Of a stretch of 28,682 nt of DNA, positions 7,011 through 14,074 are shown piece after piece. Every line of letters starts with the position of its first letter. The stretch's first letter is position 1. Below the pieces are notes generated by a model. The model searched no databases, had not been told where the DNA came from, and saw nothing but the letters and a program-made list of their open reading frames with translations. The position numbers and the translations under genes were made by a program. The stretch is from Elusimicrobia bacterium RIFOXYB2_FULL_48_7. GTDB lineage: Bacteria > Elusimicrobiota > Endomicrobiia > CG1-02-37-114 > XYA2-FULL-39-19. The stretch lies in the NCBI GenBank assembly GCA_001800495.1, contig MGVM01000088.1, positions 12,311-40,992 on the forward strand, read 5' to 3'.

Positions 7011-9284
7011 ATGCAATACCAGATTAAAAGCGATGATAAGTCAGTTGACCTAATCGGCAAGTCGTACAAACTGCATTTCACCCTTAACGATTCCCAAACC
7101 ATGGGCCTTGAAGTCTACAACGACGGCCTTCTGATGGGAAAGACCCGCTACTTCGGGAAAATAATCCTGAAACCAGAGGGCGCCATGCCGCCGGTATCAG
7201 GCACGGACGCCATTGAAGGAAAAAATGTGGAAATGATCGCATCCCGCGCGAGAGTCATCAACGACTGCCCCGAAAATCCTTACATAGAAATCGAGCTAAC
7301 TCACCCGAAAGCCAAGGGGTACATCCAGTTTTTCCCGGTTGACGGCAACAACATAGACATCAACGTGAAAGTCAGCGTAACATACCCGAAAACATCCAAC
7401 ATGGGTTTCGTGATGTTCTGCCTTGACTGCCAGACGCCTTCCGAAAGGGTGCGCCTGATGCCCGGGCCTTATTCCGGATGGAACCAGGACGGCAAAAGCC
7501 TGGTGATCTACCCCAGGTTTTTCCGCTCGCTTTACCGCCAGTTCACAATGATAAAGCACTACATAGTCAAAGAACCCAAGTCCATACTGTCATCGCACCA
7601 GGGAATGGTGTTCTCATACCCGGAAGGTATGCTGGGCGCCCTCACGGAGCTTGATTTCGGCACGGAAGTCGCCGGAAGCTGGCGCGTAGAACTGGGCAAC
7701 GATGACGTTTGGGACCCGGTCCTGCTTGAAAAAGCCGACAAGTTCGCACCGCCGGACCCGGGAATCCAGTACCCGCGCTACGATTTCGACAGGTACCTGG
7801 ACAACTGGCGCGTATTCATGAAACGCCCGGAACTTTTCGTTGAACTGGGCGACGGCATGGGATTTTTCCACCGCGGCTATCACAGAGTGCTAAAAGGTTT
7901 AATGCTTCCCTGCGGAGCGCACCCGTTCAAGGGATTTTTCCGCGACACGGAAGCCAAGTCAAGAAAGTCACGGCTCTGCGAATTATCTTGGGGCGGAAGC
8001 GCGAACTGCCTGCTTGCCTACACCCTTTACCTGACCGGCGAGGAATGGGCAAAAAAGAAAGCGGACGAGATCGTAAAAGCCACCGTTGAATTCAAGGACG
8101 GCGGCTATATGATAAAGGAAGGCCCCGTAAAAGGCGCCTGGTGGAACGGATACCTGGTTGACGAAGACCGTTTCTGCGACCGCTTTGCCAGCGATAACCT
8201 CTACACGCCGGACTGCGGCATCACAAATTATTTCTTCGGCAAAATATTGCTTGAAAAACACGCAAAGAACGACAAACTTCTCAAGATGATAGAAACCAAC
8301 TGCGATTACCTGAAACGCATAGAGTTCAAGGACGGCGGCATACCCTTCGGGTTCAAACCCGACGGCAAACCCTGCCTCGACAGGCATTCCCTGGAATACA
8401 AGGGCGACTACGCGGTGCCGTCGGCATTCGCGGCTATATCGCACCTCATCTGCTGGCAGCTCACAGGTAACGCTGAAAGAAAAAAAGACGCAAAACGTTT
8501 GCTTGACCACCTGCTGATGCACGTTGAAAAGAACAACTGGCGCTTCCACGGTTACGATACTTACAGCGCCAACAGCCAGGGGCTTGGATGGATACTTGCG
8601 ATACTGGGCGAATTCGTGATGGCTGGCTTCGCTGAAGCCAAGGCGCCTGCGGAAAAGTCATTCAGGGCGCTTTTAAGTTTCCAGCATTCCTACGACACCG
8701 GCATAGACAGGCACGCTAACCACCTGACCAGGCCTTCAGGCGGAAAGATGAAGAACCGCGGTACTTTCCCCACGGGCTCAAGCCGCCATTACATGCAGGA
8801 TTACAACACCGGCCACAACCGGTTCGACCCTGCGCTGGGCCTTCACAACTACTACAAGGCCACCGGCGACCCGAGAGGATACGCTTCGCTTCTGAACTTC
8901 CTAAACAACCTCACATACCACCAGTGGACAAATTCCGACGCCAACATCGGCTTCGGCGCCACCAGTGAAAGAATAAGCTTCAACGACGGCGATTTCAACG
9001 ACCAGGTGCAGACACAGCATTCAAACCCGCTCCAGCAGCTGCTTTTGAACCAGGGGCTTTTCCTGCTCGGCGCAGGCGTGGATATCGCGAAGATCACGCT
9101 CGGCAAGGAACTGGAATTCACTCTTAAAAACCCGGCGCCCACGGCCACCTGGATAATGATAGGCGGCAACAAAGGCAAACCGGTCTGCGTGACAAGCGGC
9201 GGCAAGAAGGTTTATGCCGGCCCCGCTTCCTACATCCCGGTCCAGGTAGACAAAGAAACCACCTTCAAGGTGACAACGATATAG
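7011..9284 (+). CDS. Large hypothetical protein, probable beta-sandwich plus (alpha/alpha)-toroid glycosidase/lyase-like fold
   Basis: 757-aa ORF with a GGAGG RBS and codon style like its neighbours. Beta-rich N-terminus is followed by Trp/Tyr/Asp/His-rich helical repeats. The fold call is inference. Confidence 0.6.
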   Translation: MQYQIKSDDKSVDLIGKSYKLHFTLNDSQTMGLEVYNDGLLMGKTRYFGKIILKPEGAMPPVSGTDAIEGKNVEMIASRARVINDCPENPYIEIELTHPKAKGYIQFFPVDGNNIDINVKVSVTYPKTSNMGFVMFCLDCQTPSERVRLMPGPYSGWNQDGKSLVIYPRFFRSLYRQFTMIKHYIVKEPKSILSSHQGMVFSYPEGMLGALTELDFGTEVAGSWRVELGNDDVWDPVLLEKADKFAPPDPGIQYPRYDFDRYLDNWRVFMKRPELFVELGDGMGFFHRGYHRVLKGLMLPCGAHPFKGFFRDTEAKSRKSRLCELSWGGSANCLLAYTLYLTGEEWAKKKADEIVKATVEFKDGGYMIKEGPVKGAWWNGYLVDEDRFCDRFASDNLYTPDCGITNYFFGKILLEKHAKNDKLLKMIETNCDYLKRIEFKDGGIPFGFKPDGKPCLDRHSLEYKGDYAVPSAFAAISHLICWQLTGNAERKKDAKRLLDHLLMHVEKNNWRFHGYDTYSANSQGLGWILAILGEFVMAGFAEAKAPAEKSFRALLSFQHSYDTGIDRHANHLTRPSGGKMKNRGTFPTGSSRHYMQDYNTGHNRFDPALGLHNYYKATGDPRGYASLLNFLNNLTYHQWTNSDANIGFGATSERISFNDGDFNDQVQTQHSNPLQQLLLNQGLFLLGAGVDIAKITLGKELEFTLKNPAPTATWIMIGGNKGKPVCVTSGGKKVYAGPASYIPVQVDKETTFKVTTI

Positions 9285-9310
9285 TAGCGGTTTGATTTAT
9301 CAAACCCTAC
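9284..9310 (+). repeat. GTAG-type REP palindrome (GTAG-CGGTTTGAT-TT-ATCAAACC-CTAC)
   Basis: GTAG...CTAC ends, 8-bp stem and ATTTAT centre, overlapping the stop of 7011..9284. Confidence 0.7.
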
Positions 9311-9322
9311 CCCCAAAAACAC

Positions 9323-9356
9323 AAAAAACCGCAGCTTCATCACTGCGGTTTTTTTA
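9323..9356. terminator. Bidirectional intrinsic terminator
   Basis: AAAAAACCGCAG-cttcatca-CTGCGGTTTTTTT, located between convergent genes. Confidence 0.85.
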
Positions 9357-9359
9357 TTC

Positions 9360-9379
9360 CGGGGACACAATACTCAATT
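9360..9379 (+). repeat. GGGGAC-type repeat, copy 1 (CGGGGACACAATACTCAATT)
   Basis: First 13 nt are identical to 15501-15513 and both copies end in AATT. Confidence 0.55.
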
Positions 9380-9380
9380 A

Positions 9381-9557
9381 TTATTTCTTCTCAAGCTTAT
9401 TGTATTGTCCTTTTGTTATAAATATTCTCTTATGAAAAGGTTCTTCCAGTTTTTGTGCCAACATGTCCCTTTGGCCGTAATCCCAATTAATGATTCTTCG
9501 TGTTTTTAAATCTAAATCGATAAAATATCTGGTATTCTTATCTTCTTTTTTTCTCAT
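9381..9557 (-). CDS. Small hypothetical protein (58 aa, below the ORF-track cutoff)
   Basis: MRKKEDKNTRYFIDLDLKTRRIINWDYGQRDMLAQKLEEPFHKRIFITKGQYNKLEKK*. It fills the gap up to the terminator and has protein-like composition. No SD seen. Confidence 0.6.
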   Translation of the reverse strand: MRKKEDKNTRYFIDLDLKTRRIINWDYGQRDMLAQKLEEPFHKRIFITKGQYNKLEKK

Positions 9558-9693
9558 TATTGTATACCGGTGTCAGACGAACCGATGTCAGGTTCGACTA
9601 ACTTGACTTACAACGGCTAACACTGATAATCATTCTACCGCTTTTGGGATGGATTTTCAAGGCAGGTGACAACAAAAAATCGTAGCAGGTGGG

Positions 9694-9894
9694 TTATCTT
9701 TTTCCGTAGGAAATGACTTTTTTTACCGAATTGTCTGCTTTTATGCCTTTAAGGGCGAAGATCCTTCTTCTTATCATATTTAGCGCATTTATTCTTTGCC
9801 CGGGTGTCATAGCGAGCGATTCTTCCAGTGAAGCTTTGTCTGCTTCTTCAAATGAACTGAAATATTTTACTGTTACTTTTCTAACCCTCGCCAT
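9694..9894 (-). CDS. Small basic protein coupled to the nucleotidyltransferase (antitoxin-like)
   Basis: 66 aa with 'FSSFEEAD...LAMTPGQRINALNMIRRR'. ATG lies 1 nt after the NTase stop. Confidence 0.7.
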   Translation of the reverse strand: MARVRKVTVKYFSSFEEADKASLEESLAMTPGQRINALNMIRRRIFALKGIKADNSVKKVISYGKR

Positions 9895-9895
9895 A

Positions 9896-10402
9896 TTACT
9901 TACCCTTTTTGCTTTTCGCGGCTTTTAATGTTTTGTAATCCGTTGAATCAGAACCCTGCTTTCTTCCCCGGCGCGGCAATTTACTTAATATTTCCTTATT
10001 TTTAATAAGTTCATCAATTCCAATATAATACGCTGTCAGGTCGCCGTATTTTCCCCTGATGCGGTGTTTCATTATCTCGCTGTCTTTCAAGCCGGTCAGG
10101 CCGTTGAGAAGTTCTATTTGGTTAGGTTCAACCCCTATGCGCAATATAACCGTCTTTTCGGTGTCAAAATAACCTTCGTCAATCCGCAAGCCGGCGAATT
10201 CCCTGATCGCGGCGGCAACTTTCTCTGAATTTCCTTTTGTATGCGCGATGTAAAAATCGATATCCCTTGTAGCCCTGGGTTCCGAATAAAACGTCACGGC
10301 ATAAGCCCCGGTTATGCAATAATCAACTTTGTGCTTGTTCAGCAGTTCAATAAAATCCCTGAAATCTTCCCTGTTTTGGTTGTTATTTGCCCCGTTTTTC
10401 AT
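9896..10402 (-). CDS. Minimal Pol-beta-superfamily nucleotidyltransferase (DUF6036-like)
   Basis: 'DFRDFIELLNKHKVDYCITGAYAVTFYSEPRATRDIDF' gives a G(A/G) motif plus DxD. Start is ATG 10402 or TTG 10405. Confidence 0.8.
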   Translation of the reverse strand: MKNGANNNQNREDFRDFIELLNKHKVDYCITGAYAVTFYSEPRATRDIDFYIAHTKGNSEKVAAAIREFAGLRIDEGYFDTEKTVILRIGVEPNQIELLNGLTGLKDSEIMKHRIRGKYGDLTAYYIGIDELIKNKEILSKLPRRGRKQGSDSTDYKTLKAAKSKKGK

Positions 10403-10409
10403 CAATAAA

Positions 10410-10438
10410 ATTATACATAATTAGGTATTAGTATACAA
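10410..10438 (-). promoter_or_regulatory. Putative sigma70 promoter for the NTase pair (near-leaderless)
   Basis: TTGTAT (10438-10433), 17-nt spacer, TATAAT (10415-10410), then 7 nt to ATG 10402. Confidence 0.6.
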
Positions 10439-10463
10439 CATTCAATTTTCAGAATTCCTTCAA

Positions 10464-10492
10464 TTGACCGGGGGGCAATAAATATGTAAAAT
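10464..10492 (+). promoter_or_regulatory. Putative sigma70 promoter for the GH3 gene
   Basis: TTGACC (10464-10469), 17-nt spacer, TAAAAT (10487-10492). Confidence 0.55.
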
Positions 10493-10529
10493 ACCCGATA
10501 CATAGCCATAATACAGACACAAAAACACC

Positions 10530-10550
10530 GCCCATAAATGGGCAACTACA
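10530..10550 (-). repeat. GTAG-type REP family A (minus strand TGTAGTTGCCCATTTATGGGC)
   Basis: Variant of the 12284 and 15528 copies with a compensatory C-G/G-C swap in the stem. Confidence 0.75.
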
Positions 10551-10563
10551 GAGAGGCCACAAC

Positions 10564-12279
10564 ATGGAAAAAACAAACAAGTTCGTGAAGGATCTTATCT
10601 CAAAAATGACGCTGGACCAGAAGGTCGGCGCTACGCTGACGCTTGGCTTTACCGGCACCATGATAACACCGGATATTTATGACCAGGTTACCAAGTACCA
10701 CTGCGGCGGGCTCCGGCTCACCCCTTCCACCCGGCTTTTCCGCGACTACGTTGACCCAAAGACCGGCGAAGTGCTGGTAAAAATAGACAATATCAAGGGC
10801 TACAAGAAAAGTTTCAACTACGCCCCATACGTAACCCCGGCGCAATACAGGGACATACTGATGGAACTGCAGGACCTCGCGATGAAGCGCCCCGGCGGCA
10901 TCCCGCTTCACTTCTGCATCGACCAGGAAGGCGGAGCCAGGGTAAATTATAACTTCGGCGGCGTGGCTATGTTCCCCAAGCAGATGGGCCTGGTTGCTGT
11001 CGACGACCCGAAAATCGCTTACGAAGTGGCGCGCGCTAAATGCAAACAGTGCGGCCCCGTGGGTTTCAACTGGATACATTCCCCCCTGCTTGATATCAAC
11101 GTGAACCCGGATAATCCGGAGATAAACACCCGCGCATACTCCGACAATGTGGATGTTGTCACCGAATATGCGATACAGGAATGCAAAGGCTTCAAGGACG
11201 GAGGGATAATCGCCACCGGAAAGCATTTCCCCGGCGTGGGTGACACCGCCAGCGGCGCGCATTTTGAAGTCCAGCAGGTCAACGTGGACAAAGACACAAT
11301 GCTGAAAAGGGATCTGCTTCCCTACCGCGAACTGATAAAACTCAACCTGCTTCCTTCAATAATGCTGGCGCACAGCATATTCCCGGCATTTGATGAAAAA
11401 GACCTAGCGACTTTATCAAAACCAATCATCACCGGGCTTTTAAGGGAGCAGATGGGCTTTGAAGGCGTAGTAACCACCGACAGCATGACGATGTACAGCA
11501 TAGCGAGCAGATACGGCGGCATCCCCAACGGCTGCGCGATGGCGCTGGCCGCAGGCGCGGACCTTGTGCTGATGAAAGCCGAAAACCAGCTTGTGCCCGA
11601 GACCTTCAACGCGATAAAGAAGTATGTTGAAGAAGGAAAGATAAGCGAAAAAGACCTGGATGACAAGGTTTACAGGATACTCAGCATGAAGCATGCCTAC
11701 GGGTTGTTCAAGAACGGCAAAGTTTCCAGCGCCGACCCGGATGAAGCCGCTAAAGACAAAAAAATAGCCGCGCTTGCCCAGAAGGTTGCCCAGCGCTCCA
11801 CGATAGTTGCCCGCGACAGGAAAAAGATCCTGCCCCTGCCAAAAGACGGCAAGACGCTGGTGATAGAGCAGATGCTCACTACCGCCAACGACGTTTACTG
11901 GCACCCCAGCCTGCTTTTTAAGAAATGCCTGCAGCGCAACAAGAACACCCGCCTGCTGGAAATCGGTTTCAAGCCGGACGAAGCCGACAAGGCGGCGGTC
12001 AAGCGCCTTACAGAAGAGTTTGATACTATAATTGTAACGAACTATTTCAAGAACGGCACCTCCAACGCCGCCATGGTGAAAGAGATAGCCGCGAACAAGA
12101 ACAAAAAAGTCGTTGTTTTAGCCGATACCCCCTACAAGCTGAGCATACCGGACGAGATAGACACCTGCGTGGTTATTTTCGGCCCGTCGCCTTCCACATT
12201 GGAAGCCGCGGTCGGAGTGATATTCGGCGAGATAAAAGCCGAAGGCAAATGGCCGGTAGAGTACAAGATTAACCCGTAA
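10564..12279 (+). CDS. Glycoside hydrolase family 3 (beta-N-acetylhexosaminidase/NagZ-like, two-domain)
   Basis: CIDQEGG, SPLLDINVNPDNPEINTRAYS, KHFPGVG, and nucleophile region GVVTTDSMTM. C-terminal GH3_C-like domain present. Confidence 0.92.
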   Translation: MEKTNKFVKDLISKMTLDQKVGATLTLGFTGTMITPDIYDQVTKYHCGGLRLTPSTRLFRDYVDPKTGEVLVKIDNIKGYKKSFNYAPYVTPAQYRDILMELQDLAMKRPGGIPLHFCIDQEGGARVNYNFGGVAMFPKQMGLVAVDDPKIAYEVARAKCKQCGPVGFNWIHSPLLDINVNPDNPEINTRAYSDNVDVVTEYAIQECKGFKDGGIIATGKHFPGVGDTASGAHFEVQQVNVDKDTMLKRDLLPYRELIKLNLLPSIMLAHSIFPAFDEKDLATLSKPIITGLLREQMGFEGVVTTDSMTMYSIASRYGGIPNGCAMALAAGADLVLMKAENQLVPETFNAIKKYVEEGKISEKDLDDKVYRILSMKHAYGLFKNGKVSSADPDEAAKDKKIAALAQKVAQRSTIVARDRKKILPLPKDGKTLVIEQMLTTANDVYWHPSLLFKKCLQRNKNTRLLEIGFKPDEADKAAVKRLTEEFDTIIVTNYFKNGTSNAAMVKEIAANKNKKVVVLADTPYKLSIPDEIDTCVVIFGPSPSTLEAAVGVIFGEIKAEGKWPVEYKINP

Positions 12280-12283
12280 AATC

Positions 12284-12305
12284 GCCGATGAATCGGCAAC
12301 TACAA
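12284..12305 (-). repeat. GTAG-type REP family A (plus strand GCCGATGAATCGGCAACTACAA)
   Basis: 22-nt exact match to 15528-15549, with hairpin GCCGAT/ATCGGC, 4 nt after the GH3 stop. Confidence 0.85.
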
Positions 12306-12314
12306 AACAATATA

Positions 12315-12338
12315 GATTCCCGCTTTCGCGGGAATGAC
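12315..12338. repeat. dRS3-like / CGTC-type REP (GATTCCCGCTTTCGCGGGAATGAC)
   Basis: Matches the ATTCCC-N8-GGGAAT consensus of Neisseria dRS3, followed by GAC. Confidence 0.8.
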
Positions 12339-12348
12339 AATCGTTTTT

Positions 12349-13662
12349 ATGTTCAAAAAACTTACCAAGAACCTGGAAGCATACCTGGACATATCCAATC
12401 TCATAGATACTTCCAAGATGAGCCTGAATAACGCAAGGTACCTGCAGGTGCTGGTTTGCCTGCTGTTGTTTTTCACCGCGTTCAACTACATTTCAAACGG
12501 CATTTTCGGGCAGTACCTGAGCAAAACCTACGATTACGAGCTTATCTACAACGCCGGCAAAAAGATAGTCGACGGCAACGCTAACAAGATATACGACGAG
12601 TTCCTCTCGTATGGCCCGGACAAAAGCAGTTTGATGTTTATGTACCCCGCCGTGCCGGGCATTGTTTTCGCGCCACTGAGCCTGTTTGAATACAATACCG
12701 CGAAGTTTATAATGCTGCTGCTCACGCAGGCGTTCGTGCTGATTTCTTTTCTGCTGTTACTGCGAAACCTCGGCCCCTCTCTGCCACGGCTTGAAAAGAT
12801 CATTATGTTCTTCATGTTCTTTAATTATTACCCTTCCTTTCTCTGTTTTTATATGGGGCAGAGCGAATTTTTCCTGCTTGCGTTTTTCTGCCTGTTCTTT
12901 TACCATTTCCAGAAAGGCAACGATATCCGCTCCGCATTTTTCCTGTCGCTGGTGATCTATTTCAAGATATTCCCCATATTTTTCCTGCTTTATTTCCTAT
13001 GGAAGAAGGAATACAGGTATTCCGGGATACTTTTTGCGATGCTTTCCGTGATGGGCCTGCTGTCTCTGCTGGTGGTCGATTTCCAGACCCAGAAACAGTA
13101 TTTCCTGCACATTCTGCCGTTCCAGGCGCTGGATTCATACCCCGACCACCAGTGCATAACCGGGTTTTTCTCAAGGATATTCACCTCCAGCCAGTTCACC
13201 GCGGGATGGATCCACAACAACTTCCTCAAGGACCTGTTTGTCTATTCCACTACCGCCCTTGTGCTGTTTTTCACCGCAAAAGCCACCCGCCAGAAACTGA
13301 ACCGCGGCGATGAAAGGTACAAATACGAGTTCTCGATCCTTATCGTCATAATGCTCCTGCTTTCAAGGATAACCGACACCCATCATTTTGTTTTTCTGCT
13401 CATACCGTTCTCATACCTGTTAAAGTATTACCTTTCCAAGAACAAAATTGACGAGCGGGCCGCGCGCGACACGAGTATAATGATTTTCTGCTACGCCGTC
13501 CTGGCCACTTACGTGCCCATAATCCACAGGAAATACGACTGGGATGTATTCGCGGTTTTCATGCAGGGGATTCCCATACTTGTGTTATCCGTCCAGTTTT
13601 ACGTCCTGGTCATTTTCTGGCTCTTGTGCCTGCGCCAGTTGAACAATTTAAATCATGAATAA
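12349..13662 (+). CDS. GT87/DUF2029-like GT-C membrane glycosyltransferase
   Basis: 'DYELIYNAG...FMYPAVPGIVFAPL...GQSEFFLL...IYFKIFPIFFLLYFLWKK...DHQCITGFFSR' in a polytopic hydrophobic protein. Start could be 12334 (inside the repeat) or 12349. Confidence 0.8.
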   Translation: MFKKLTKNLEAYLDISNLIDTSKMSLNNARYLQVLVCLLLFFTAFNYISNGIFGQYLSKTYDYELIYNAGKKIVDGNANKIYDEFLSYGPDKSSLMFMYPAVPGIVFAPLSLFEYNTAKFIMLLLTQAFVLISFLLLLRNLGPSLPRLEKIIMFFMFFNYYPSFLCFYMGQSEFFLLAFFCLFFYHFQKGNDIRSAFFLSLVIYFKIFPIFFLLYFLWKKEYRYSGILFAMLSVMGLLSLLVVDFQTQKQYFLHILPFQALDSYPDHQCITGFFSRIFTSSQFTAGWIHNNFLKDLFVYSTTALVLFFTAKATRQKLNRGDERYKYEFSILIVIMLLLSRITDTHHFVFLLIPFSYLLKYYLSKNKIDERAARDTSIMIFCYAVLATYVPIIHRKYDWDVFAVFMQGIPILVLSVQFYVLVIFWLLCLRQLNNLNHE

Positions 13663-14071
13663 AATATTAAAGATAATTTCCCCTTTGGTTTTCATTACTT
13701 GGCTCATTTTTTTCTGCGTGGGCCTGCCCGCCAGGATACAGACCATCAAACAGGAACTCAGTATTACAAAATCAATGGACGATGAACAGAAAAGAACGCT
13801 GCTATACGGAGATTTTTACAAGTTTATCCAGTCCTGCAAGGCGCAGATACCGGAAAATGCGGTTGTTTTTTTGGTTTCCGACAGTATTTTTGAATATTAC
13901 TACGGCTCGTACTATTTATACCCGCGGAAAGTGCTGGTGAACGAGCCGGACAAAAAGATTGACGGGCTTTCAAACAACAAACCCGTGAACCTGACAGAGG
14001 AATTCTGCCTGAAAAACAATATTTCCTATGTTATAGTGCCAAGATTATCCAAAATAGTAAAAGTAAAATAA
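13655..14071 (+). CDS. Hypothetical membrane-anchored protein
   Basis: N-terminal TM segment and 'YYYGSYYLYPRKV' motif. Overlaps the upstream stop, suggesting translational coupling. Confidence 0.7.
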   Translation: MNKILKIISPLVFITWLIFFCVGLPARIQTIKQELSITKSMDDEQKRTLLYGDFYKFIQSCKAQIPENAVVFLVSDSIFEYYYGSYYLYPRKVLVNEPDKKIDGLSNNKPVNLTEEFCLKNNISYVIVPRLSKIVKVK

Positions 14072-14074
14072 CTT

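Noticed and set aside
9570-9608. Weak hairpin CGAACC-gatgtca-GGTTCG with GTCAG/TGAC flanks, vaguely like element E
   Set aside because: Single copy with only short matches. It cannot be distinguished from chance without a genome-wide search.
9713-9928. 71-aa plus-strand hydrophobic ORF (possible type I toxin)
   Set aside because: Fully antisense to the better-supported 9694..9894 gene and the NTase end; no RBS.
12300-12485. 61-aa minus-strand ORF ending in IVIPAKAGIY
   Set aside because: VIPAKAGI is simply the translation of the dRS3-like repeat, and the rest is antisense to GT87.
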